A stretch of DNA of 32,000 nt, from contig SVFV01000016.1 in NCBI GenBank assembly GCA_015056655.1, positions 3,866 through 35,865 on the forward strand, read 5' to 3'. This DNA comes from Butyrivibrio sp. GTDB taxonomy: Bacteria; Bacillota; Clostridia; Lachnospirales; Lachnospiraceae. The notes beneath the pieces were generated by a model. That model searched no databases. It was not told where the DNA came from and saw only the letters and a list, made by a program, of their open reading frames with translations. Shown here piece by piece: positions 1 to 7,471 of the stretch (the stretch's first letter is position 1; every line of letters begins with the position of its first letter). The position numbers and the translations under genes are program-made.

Positions 1-41
1 TTTACAAAAATATATAAGAAACACATTAAAGAGAAACGTAA

Positions 42-1595
42 ATGTCAGAATTATATACAAAACTTGAGGTATTAAATAAAAGCGATATGGTACCACTCCA
101 TATGCCAGGACATAAGAGAAATAGTGATGCCGGTACTATGTCAAAATACTACGATATTGATATTACAGAAATAGATGGCTTTGATAATCTGCATGATGCA
201 GAGGATATAATCCTGGAGGCGGAAAAAAGAGCAAATAAGCTTTACGGAGCGGAGGAGACACACTTTCTGGTAAATGGTAGTAGCTGCGGAGTACTGTCAG
301 CAGTATCGGCGGCTGTACCTAAGGGTGGAAAAATAATTGCTGCAAGAAGCTGCCATAAGTCCTTTTTTCATGCAGCATATCTAAGAGAACTTGATATAAA
401 GTCCATTTATCCGCAGAAAAAAACACTCATTGAAGAAAAAGATGGCTATTCCTCAGATATCTATGGTGAAGTGCTTCCAGAAGATATTGAAAAAAAGATA
501 GAAGAAAACCCTGATGCAGCTGCTGTTTTTATCACATCACCAACATATGAGGGAATTCCGTCAGACATAAGAACAATCGCCAAAATCGTTCATGACCACA
601 ACATGATACTCATAGTAGATGCAGCCCATGGTGCGCACTTTGGGCTTGTGAAAGATGAAGAAAATAGCGATTCATCGCACTCCTTAATCCCTGAAAGCAC
701 AATATCCCAGGGTGCAAACTTATCAATCCCTGAAAGTGCAATATCTCAGGGAGCTGACATAGTTATCCACAGTTTACACAAAACTTTGGCGGCCATGACA
801 CAGACAGCGCTTATTCATGTTCAGGGAAATTCGGTAGACAGAGAAAAACTAAGAAGATATCTGCGAATTTATCAGACAAGTAGTCCATCCTACGTACTGA
901 TGAGTTCAATAGATTCCTGTATTGACGATATATTAAAAAGAGGAAATGAAATCTTTTCTCGTCTTGTGACATATAAGAGGAAGATAGAAGAAGAAACTAA
1001 AGAATGTAAGCATTTGTATGTTCCGAAAGCTGACCAGATCAAGGACCCGGGGAAAGTACTTATATGTTCAACGGATGGGAAGATAACAGGAAAAGAGATA
1101 TATGATATACTTCGTATAGAATATAAAATTCAGCTGGAGATGGCAGGGGATACTTATGGTCTTGCTATCATAACAGGGTATGACAAAGCTGAAAATATAG
1201 ACAGGCTGATCAATGCAATTAATGATATTGATAAGAGATTAGATAGCATGAAATCGGACTTTCAAAAGGGAGCATCCGATGAATTATCAGCAAAGGACAG
1301 TATAGAAAAAGTTGCCGTAACTTACAGAGAGATGGAGAAGGCATTTCCTTTTGCTAAAGCGTGGGATGCAGAATCTGAGCTTGTAGATATCACAAGGGCA
1401 AGTGGAAGAGTTGCAGCTGACTTTGTAAATCTGTATCCACCGGGAATTCCTTTTATTGTTCCTGGAGAAAAATTTGATAAAGAACTTGTTGAACAGATAG
1501 CTGATTGTATTAATGCGAATATGAATGTTCAGGGAGTTGAAATAAACGGAAATAAGCAAAGACTTATAAAAGTAATCAAAGCAGAAAACAATTAG
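42..1595 (+). CDS. PLP-dependent Orn/Lys/Arg decarboxylase family protein (YaaO/SpeA-like)
   Basis: 517-aa ORF. It carries 'PLHMPGHKRN', 'SPTYEG', 'DAAHGAHF' and 'HSLHKT' (PLP-lysine) motifs typical of the fold-I Orn/Lys/Arg decarboxylase major domain. It occupies the yaaO position of the conserved yaaO...holB...rsmI cluster. Confidence 0.85.
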   Translation: MSELYTKLEVLNKSDMVPLHMPGHKRNSDAGTMSKYYDIDITEIDGFDNLHDAEDIILEAEKRANKLYGAEETHFLVNGSSCGVLSAVSAAVPKGGKIIAARSCHKSFFHAAYLRELDIKSIYPQKKTLIEEKDGYSSDIYGEVLPEDIEKKIEENPDAAAVFITSPTYEGIPSDIRTIAKIVHDHNMILIVDAAHGAHFGLVKDEENSDSSHSLIPESTISQGANLSIPESAISQGADIVIHSLHKTLAAMTQTALIHVQGNSVDREKLRRYLRIYQTSSPSYVLMSSIDSCIDDILKRGNEIFSRLVTYKRKIEEETKECKHLYVPKADQIKDPGKVLICSTDGKITGKEIYDILRIEYKIQLEMAGDTYGLAIITGYDKAENIDRLINAINDIDKRLDSMKSDFQKGASDELSAKDSIEKVAVTYREMEKAFPFAKAWDAESELVDITRASGRVAADFVNLYPPGIPFIVPGEKFDKELVEQIADCINANMNVQGVEINGNKQRLIKVIKAENN

Positions 1596-1681
1596 TAAAC
1601 ATAATTAATTGAAAAATAAAAATACAAAAGTATAAATACAAAAATAATAATTCTATTAGTAGCTAAAGTTGTAGGAGTTTA

Positions 1682-2272
1682 ATGGGCAAGATTTATGAGA
1701 TCATGGGCAGAAGCTCATGTGGAAAAGATACAATATATAAGCACTTGTTGCAGAGAGAAAATGTGCAGCTCAACAAGGTCATCATTTACACAACACGTCC
1801 CATGAGGGAGAAGGAAGAAGAGGGCGTACAATATTTCTTCTGCGATGAGGAAAAATATAATCAGCTTAAGGACAGCGGAAAAATCATAGAAGAAAGAACC
1901 TACAATACTGTTTATGGTCCATGGCATTACTTTACAGTGGATGATGGACAGATAGACTTATCAAAAGGAAACTACCTGATAATAGGAACAATTGAAATGT
2001 TCACTTCTATCAGAGACTACTTCGGAGAAGGACAGGTAGTTCCGCTGATGATTAATGCAGATGATGGAACTATATTGCAGAGAGCTTTGAACAGAGAGTT
2101 AAAGCGAGATAACCCTGGCTATGACGAAATGTGCAGAAGATATCTTGCAGACAAAGCAGACTATTCAGAAGAGAACCTTAAAAATGCGGGAATAGACAAC
2201 ATTTTCATGAATGAAGATTTGGAAAAATGTTTAGAGGAAATTGAGAGCTTCATAAAAGAAAAGGAAGCATAA
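1682..2272 (+). CDS. guanylate kinase-like nucleoside monophosphate kinase
   Basis: 196-aa ORF with an AGGAG SD just upstream. The P-loop 'GRSSCGKDT' resembles Gmk GPSGxGKxT. 'YTTRPMREKEEEGVQYFF' matches the guanylate-kinase TTRxxRxxExxGxxYxF signature. Confidence 0.7.
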   Translation: MGKIYEIMGRSSCGKDTIYKHLLQRENVQLNKVIIYTTRPMREKEEEGVQYFFCDEEKYNQLKDSGKIIEERTYNTVYGPWHYFTVDDGQIDLSKGNYLIIGTIEMFTSIRDYFGEGQVVPLMINADDGTILQRALNRELKRDNPGYDEMCRRYLADKADYSEENLKNAGIDNIFMNEDLEKCLEEIESFIKEKEA

Positions 2273-2284
2273 GAGGAAACCGGC

Positions 2285-2725
2285 ATGGATATAAGGATAG
2301 ACAATATTCAGCAATCGCAGCAGGTTCAGCAGACACAGGCCCAGCAGGAAGTAAATGGTGATTTCAAATTTACTTTAACCAGTAAGATCGAGGATGCAAC
2401 ACTAGCGGAGCGCCTCAACCTTATGATGGAAGAGATAGTCCAGCAGGGCAAACAGATTTCTAAGAAAAATGACATAAGGGATATGCAGAGATACCGCTTC
2501 CTTATAAAAGACTTTTTAAATGAAGTGGTAACGAGATCCCATGCCTTTTCCAGAGAGAACTTTTTGGATAGGCGAGGAAGACACAGAGTTTATGGCATCA
2601 TCAGGCTCATAGATGAGAACCTTGATGAGCTGGCCCAGGAGCTTGTTAAGGATGAGAAGGACAACATTAATATCCTTGCAAAAATCGGGCAGATACAGGG
2701 ATTACTACTTGATATATTCACGTAA
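2285..2725 (+). CDS. YaaR/DUF327-family protein
   Basis: 146-aa ORF. Its length and position (between the kinase and holB) match B. subtilis yaaR. The call rests mainly on synteny and size; I cannot verify family motifs by eye. Confidence 0.55.
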   Translation: MDIRIDNIQQSQQVQQTQAQQEVNGDFKFTLTSKIEDATLAERLNLMMEEIVQQGKQISKKNDIRDMQRYRFLIKDFLNEVVTRSHAFSRENFLDRRGRHRVYGIIRLIDENLDELAQELVKDEKDNINILAKIGQIQGLLLDIFT

Positions 2726-2786
2726 GTATTCGTAATGGGCCAGAGATGCCCTGATAATAATTTTGCTTATAAAGGTGGAGTAGAAG

Positions 2787-3884
2787 ATGGCGCATTTTGC
2801 GGACATTATAGATCAGGATCATATAACGGAACATGTGCAAAATGCATTGAAGACTGGGAAGATATCCCATGCATATATTATTTCCGGGGATGTTGGCAGC
2901 GGTAAAAAAACGATAGCAAAGGCTTTTGCGAAAACACTTCTTTGTGAAAATCAAAAGGACACAGGGAAATTCATAGAAAGCTGTGATGAATGTCACTCCT
3001 GTAAACAGGCAGAAAGTGATTCACATCCGGATATAAAGATTTTGTATCATGAAAAACCAACAACCATAAGTATTGATGAAATCCGTCATCAGGTGTGCGA
3101 TGACGTATACATAAAGCCCTATTCAGATCATAAGATTTACATAATTCCTGATGGGGAAAAGATGACAATCCAGGCGCAGAACGCTCTTTTGAAAACTCTG
3201 GAGGAGCCGCCTCATTACACCATAATCATAATTCTTACATCTAATATAGATGCCTTTTTACCCACAATCATCAGTAGATGCATTGTTTTCCCTATAAAGC
3301 CAGTCAGGGATGATCTAATAATGAAGCATCTTATGCAGGTGAGGCGAGTTGTTGATTACAAGGCCAGGCTTGCGGCTTCCTTTGCACAGGGGAACGTGGG
3401 GAAAGCTATTCTGTTATCAGAGAATGAAGACTTTGAAAAGCTTAAGGATGGCACGATTGACCTTATGAGCAGGCTCGACAGGCTGGCTGTGAACGAGATG
3501 ACAGACAGACTTCAGCTTTTACTGACTGCTAATACGGAAAAGGCAGAGAGTTCTGAGGATGATGATCAAGAAGAGAAGAAGGCCAAATCCAAAAAGCTTG
3601 ATCCTATTATTATGGAAAACTTCCTTGATATACTCATGTCATTAATAAGGGACATGCTTGTGTACAAAGCAGAGGATAGCCCGAATCACTTGATTTTCGC
3701 GGATAAACTGTCGTATATTAGTAGTGTTACCAAAAAATGCACATATAAAGATTTAGATGATATGCGTAAAGCAGTCGATGAGGCGAGAAGCAGGATAAAA
3801 TCTAATGTTAACGCACTTCTTACTCTCGAGATGCTTATGCTTAATTTAAAAGAAGCTCAGGCTAAAACTAAGGAGAATGTATGA
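2787..3884 (+). CDS. holB: DNA polymerase III subunit delta prime
   Basis: 365-aa ORF with a GGTGGAG SD. It has 'HAYIISGDVGSGKKTIAKAFAKTLLCEN' (AAA+ P-loop), the zinc-module cysteines 'CDECHSC', and 'LLKTLEEPP' plus 'SRC' (sensor) motifs characteristic of HolB/DnaX clamp-loader subunits. Confidence 0.88.
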   Translation: MAHFADIIDQDHITEHVQNALKTGKISHAYIISGDVGSGKKTIAKAFAKTLLCENQKDTGKFIESCDECHSCKQAESDSHPDIKILYHEKPTTISIDEIRHQVCDDVYIKPYSDHKIYIIPDGEKMTIQAQNALLKTLEEPPHYTIIIILTSNIDAFLPTIISRCIVFPIKPVRDDLIMKHLMQVRRVVDYKARLAASFAQGNVGKAILLSENEDFEKLKDGTIDLMSRLDRLAVNEMTDRLQLLLTANTEKAESSEDDDQEEKKAKSKKLDPIIMENFLDILMSLIRDMLVYKAEDSPNHLIFADKLSYISSVTKKCTYKDLDDMRKAVDEARSRIKSNVNALLTLEMLMLNLKEAQAKTKENV

Positions 3885-5200
3885 CCAGGGTTATCGGCGT
3901 CAGATTCAGAACGGCCGGAAAGATCTATTATTTTGATCCCGGGGATTTTGAAATAAAAAAAGGTGACCACGTAATTGTTGAAACAGCAAGAGGCGTGGAG
4001 TTTGGAACTGTTTTATCAGATCCAAGAGAGGTTGAGGACGAAGAGGTTACCAAGCCTCTTAAGGGTGTCCTTCGTATGGCAACAGAGAAGGATATCGAGC
4101 AGGAAGCCTCTAACAGAATCAAAGAAAAAGAGGCTTTTCGTATTTGTAAGCAGAAAATCCTTGGCCATGGCCTTGAAATGAAGCTTATCGATGCTGAGTA
4201 CACTTTTGATAATAACAAGGTACTTTTCTACTTTACAGCAGATGGAAGAATTGACTTCAGAGATCTTGTAAAGGATCTTGCATCTGAATTTAAGACCAGA
4301 ATAGAGCTCAGACAGATTGGTGTCAGAGACGAGACAAAGATTATCGGAGGCTACGGAATCTGTGGCAGACCGCTTTGCTGTCACTCATACCTTTCCGATT
4401 TCATTCCGGTATCTATCAAAATGGCGAAGGAGCAGAATCTTTCACTTAATCCTACTAAGATTTCAGGTGTATGTGGAAGACTTATGTGCTGCCTCAAGAA
4501 TGAGGAGGATGTTTACGAAGAACTCAACCGCAAGATGCCTGGAATTGGCGATGTTGTTTCAACAAACGACAACCTTGAGGGTGAGGTTGCAAGTGTAAAT
4601 ATCCTTAGACAGACAGTTAGAATTCTTGTAGAAGTAGATGATGAGAAGGAATTCCACGAATATCATGTGGATGACATCACACTCCTTCATAAGAAGCAGA
4701 AGCATAAGGGCAATCAGCAGCCTAAGGAAAAGGATGTAGATGAGGAAGCTCTTAAGGCTTTAGAGGCTGAGGAGAAGGAACTTGCTGATCAGACTGCGGC
4801 AGCAGGCGCACAGGGCGGCAAGAACCAGAAGAACGACAGAAACCGTAACCGTAAGAATGACCGCAAGGATAGAAATAATCAGAACAGTCAGAATGGCGGT
4901 CAGAACGGTGGTTCAAATAATAACCAGAACGGCGGCTCAAATAATAACCAGAATGGTGGTCAGAATAACGCTCCTTCTGAGAAAAAACAGCCTCAGGGTG
5001 GAAATGATAAAGTACCTCAGGGGAATGATAAGGACAACTCCCAGCAGAATCAGCAAAAAGGAAATGGCCAAAATCAGGGCGAGCAGAGAAAAAAGAAGAA
5101 TCGCCACAATAGAAAGAATAACAGAAACGGTGGTCGTCAGAACAACGACAACGGACAGGCTAAGCGGAGCGAAGACGCAAATGGAAAAACCGAATCTTAA
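3881..5200 (+). CDS. ricT: PSP1-domain protein YaaT/RicT with a long low-complexity C-terminal tail
   Basis: The start overlaps the holB stop (ATGA) and has an AAGGAG SD. The N-terminal ~265 aa are a typical PSP1 domain ('VIGVRFRTAGKIYYFD', cysteine motifs 'GICGRPLCC' and 'GVCGRLMCCL'). Residues ~270-439 are N/Q/G/K/R-rich. Confidence 0.85.
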   Translation: MTRVIGVRFRTAGKIYYFDPGDFEIKKGDHVIVETARGVEFGTVLSDPREVEDEEVTKPLKGVLRMATEKDIEQEASNRIKEKEAFRICKQKILGHGLEMKLIDAEYTFDNNKVLFYFTADGRIDFRDLVKDLASEFKTRIELRQIGVRDETKIIGGYGICGRPLCCHSYLSDFIPVSIKMAKEQNLSLNPTKISGVCGRLMCCLKNEEDVYEELNRKMPGIGDVVSTNDNLEGEVASVNILRQTVRILVEVDDEKEFHEYHVDDITLLHKKQKHKGNQQPKEKDVDEEALKALEAEEKELADQTAAAGAQGGKNQKNDRNRNRKNDRKDRNNQNSQNGGQNGGSNNNQNGGSNNNQNGGQNNAPSEKKQPQGGNDKVPQGNDKDNSQQNQQKGNGQNQGEQRKKKNRHNRKNNRNGGRQNNDNGQAKRSEDANGKTES

Positions 5201-5921
5201 GGACGGCGAAAGGATAGACGACCTTCAGAGAAACGGTTACAGAATCATCCAGGACCCGGAGAAATTCTGCTTCGGAATAGATGCAGTACTTTTATCAGGA
5301 TTTGCTACAGCAAACAGCGGAGATAGGGTGCTTGATCTAGGGACTGGAACAGGAATAATACCGATTCTCATGGCGGCTAAAACCGATGCCAAAGAGCTTG
5401 TAGGGCTTGAGATTCAGACAGAAAGTGCAGATATGGCAATGCGCAGCGTGGAACTCAATGAGTTACAGAACAGGCTGCGCATTGTATGTGGAGATATCAA
5501 AGAGGCGGCGAAAATATTTGAACCTGCCTCTTTTGACGTTGTAACAACAAATCCTCCATACATGGTAAAGGGGCATGGTCTGACAAATCCCGACAGCCCA
5601 AAAGCAATAGCAAGACACGAAGTACTTTGTGACCTTGATGATGTGTTAAAAGCAGCAAAAGTAATGCTTCATCCAGGTGGCAAGTTTTTCATGGTTCACA
5701 GACCATTCAGACTGGCTGAGATTTTCAGCTGTATGTCAAAGCATAGGATTGAACCAAAAAGAATACAAATGGTCCACCCTTATGTAGATAAGGAACCAAG
5801 CATGGTGCTCATAGAAGGAGCAAGGGATGGAAAGCCGAGGCTTTCGGTGGAGCCACCTCTTATTCTTTATGATAAACCTGGGGAATACAGTACTTTTATG
5901 AAGGAAGAATACGGCTTTTAA
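5181..5921 (+). CDS. tRNA1(Val) (adenine37-N6)-methyltransferase-like SAM-dependent methyltransferase (YabB/TrmN6 family)
   Basis: I place the start at the in-frame ATG 5181 (MEKPNLKDGERIDDL...), with GGAG 11 nt upstream, rather than at 4782. It has the SAM motif 'VLDLGTGTGIIPIL' and the N6-adenine motif IV 'TTNPPYM'. It sits at the yabB position between yaaT and rsmI. Confidence 0.8.
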   Translation: MEKPNLKDGERIDDLQRNGYRIIQDPEKFCFGIDAVLLSGFATANSGDRVLDLGTGTGIIPILMAAKTDAKELVGLEIQTESADMAMRSVELNELQNRLRIVCGDIKEAAKIFEPASFDVVTTNPPYMVKGHGLTNPDSPKAIARHEVLCDLDDVLKAAKVMLHPGGKFFMVHRPFRLAEIFSCMSKHRIEPKRIQMVHPYVDKEPSMVLIEGARDGKPRLSVEPPLILYDKPGEYSTFMKEEYGF

Positions 5922-5967
5922 AGAAAGGAATAATCCGAAGGCAAAGGCCTTTTGGATAAAAAGCTGA

Positions 5968-6834
5968 ATGAATGAAAACGAACAGGGCATGCTCTATCTG
6001 TGTGCCACACCAATTGGAAATCTGAATGATATAACAAGCCGCGTTTTGGACACACTTAGGAATGTGGATCTGATTGCCGCTGAGGATACGAGAAACAGCA
6101 TTAAGCTTCTCAACCACTTTGATATTCACACGGAGCTTACAAGCTACCATGAATACAACAAGGTTGAAAAGGCGGAGTATCTTATCCACAAAATGCAGGA
6201 GGGGCTTGATATAGCGCTTATCACAGACGCTGGAACTCCTGCAATCTCAGATCCTGGCGAGGTTCTGGTGCGTATGTGCCATGAGGCCGGAGTGAAGGTT
6301 ACATCTCTTCCGGGCCCGGCAGCCTGCATAGTTGCGCTTACTTTGTCAGGTCTTAGCACGAGAAGATTTGTATTTGAAGGCTTTTTGCCTGGTGCTGATG
6401 ATAAAAAGGACAGGAAGCGCAGACTTGAGCTTTTAAAAGAGGAGCACAGAACCATCATCATGTATGAAGCTCCTCATCATTTAAAGGGTACGCTTAAGGA
6501 TTTATATGAAGCTCTTGGTGATAGGAAGATTTCCCTTTGCAGAGAGCTCACAAAGAAATTCGAAGAGGTCTTCCCTACTACTATTGAAGGCGCTATTCGC
6601 TATTATGAGGAGAATGAACCGAGAGGCGAGTACGTTCTTGTAATCGAGGGCGTCAGCTTATCGGATCTTGAAAAGAAACAGCAGGAAGAATGGACCAAGA
6701 TGAGCCTTAAGGATCACATGGCATATTATGAAAATGCAGGAATGAGTCATAAGGATGCAATGAAGCAAGTTGCATCAGACAGAGGAGTTGGAAAAAGAGA
6801 CATTTACAAGGCATTATTAGAGGAAGAAGGATAA
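5968..6834 (+). CDS. rsmI: 16S rRNA (cytidine1402-2'-O)-methyltransferase
   Basis: 288-aa ORF. 'LYLCATPIGNLNDITSRVLDTL..VDLIAAEDTR' and 'TDAGTPAISDPG' are hallmark tetrapyrrole-methylase-fold RsmI motifs. The start may instead be Met8. Confidence 0.9.
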   Translation: MNENEQGMLYLCATPIGNLNDITSRVLDTLRNVDLIAAEDTRNSIKLLNHFDIHTELTSYHEYNKVEKAEYLIHKMQEGLDIALITDAGTPAISDPGEVLVRMCHEAGVKVTSLPGPAACIVALTLSGLSTRRFVFEGFLPGADDKKDRKRRLELLKEEHRTIIMYEAPHHLKGTLKDLYEALGDRKISLCRELTKKFEEVFPTTIEGAIRYYEENEPRGEYVLVIEGVSLSDLEKKQQEEWTKMSLKDHMAYYENAGMSHKDAMKQVASDRGVGKRDIYKALLEEEG

Positions 6835-6869
6835 GATATCCTTTATTCTAAAATGCTAAATGGGGACAG

Positions 6870-7325
6870 ATGATGACAGACAGCTTGATGAAAATTTACC
6901 TGGTAACCGGGATTGTCATAGCGATTCTTCTGATAATTGCTGTGACCGTATTCATAATAAAAAAGCTTATGAGTCGTCCGCTTCCAATGGACGAGCTTGA
7001 AGGCCATGACTTCGAGTATTACTGCGCAGACATCCTTAAGAAAAATGGATTTCTGGATGTGGAAGTCACAAAAGGAAGTGGGGATTTTGGAGCTGACATC
7101 CTGGCAGAAAAGGATGGAGTAAGCTACGCTATCCAGTGCAAATGCTATGACAAACCTATCGGAGTTAAAGCAATCCAGGAAGTCTACGCAGGAAGAGACT
7201 ACTACGACTGTATGGTTGGAGTTGTCATGACTAACCAGTACTTTACAGCCCCGGCTGTAGAGCTTGCAAAAAAGCTGAAAATCATGCTCTGGGACAGAGG
7301 ATATATAGATAATATGGAGTCTTAG
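6870..7325 (+). CDS. membrane-anchored Mrr_cat (PD-(D/E)xK-like restriction endonuclease fold) domain protein
   Basis: 151-aa ORF. It has one N-terminal TM helix (IYLVTGIVIAILLIIAVTVFII) followed by KK..R (cytoplasmic side). The motif 'GSGDFGADILAEKDG..YAIQCKCY' matches the Mrr catalytic-core pattern D-x-D...QxK. Confidence 0.7.
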   Translation: MMTDSLMKIYLVTGIVIAILLIIAVTVFIIKKLMSRPLPMDELEGHDFEYYCADILKKNGFLDVEVTKGSGDFGADILAEKDGVSYAIQCKCYDKPIGVKAIQEVYAGRDYYDCMVGVVMTNQYFTAPAVELAKKLKIMLWDRGYIDNMES

Positions 7326-7340
7326 GACTCCATTTTTTTT
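7316..7340 (+). terminator. intrinsic terminator after the Mrr_cat gene
   Basis: GGAGTC / GACTCC 6-bp stem with a 4-nt loop, overlapping the stop codon and followed by A+T8. Confidence 0.65.
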
Positions 7341-7395
7341 ATCGAAAAAATAAGAAAATTGGGTAAAAAAGACGAACTATAACGTTTTCGAAACA

Positions 7396-7409
7396 TTGAC
7401 AATTGTCAA
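7396..7409. promoter_or_regulatory. perfect 14-bp palindrome TTGACAATTGTCAA overlapping a -35-like TTGACA upstream of the MATE gene (candidate operator)
   Basis: The sequence equals its own reverse complement. It lies 63 nt upstream of the MATE ATG, and a TAATAAT -10-like stretch follows at 7416-7422. Confidence 0.4.
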
Positions 7410-7471
7410 GATTGGTAATAATCTATTATACAGAGAATAGAGAGAAAAACGAAGGATTGGTAGATTGTTAA

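Noticed and set aside
1682-1720. Apparent non-canonical Walker A (GKD instead of GK[ST]) in the kinase-like protein, possibly indicating a pseudo-kinase.
   Set aside because: Genuine guanylate kinases use GxSGxGKxT (for example Bacillus GPSGVGKGT). GRSSCGKDT fits that pattern, so the P-loop is not degenerate.
4752-4940. 62-aa minus-strand ORF antisense to the RicT tail.
   Set aside because: It has the same cause (T-poor/A-poor repeat DNA). There is no RBS and the composition is odd.
4782-5180. The N-terminal 133 codons of the 379-aa ORF 4782-5921 (an R/T/V-rich peptide) overlapping the RicT tail in another frame.
   Set aside because: The DNA here is T-poor low-complexity sequence, so stop codons are rare in all frames. 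The peptide has no protein-like features. The methyltransferase homology begins at the in-frame ATG 5181, which has its own GGAG. I treat it as an ORF-caller artefact.
5936-5955. Small hairpin AAGGC-AAAG-GCCTT followed by TT, between the methyltransferase gene and rsmI.
   Set aside because: With a 5-bp stem and only a 4-T tail it is too weak to call a terminator, and the genes are probably co-transcribed.
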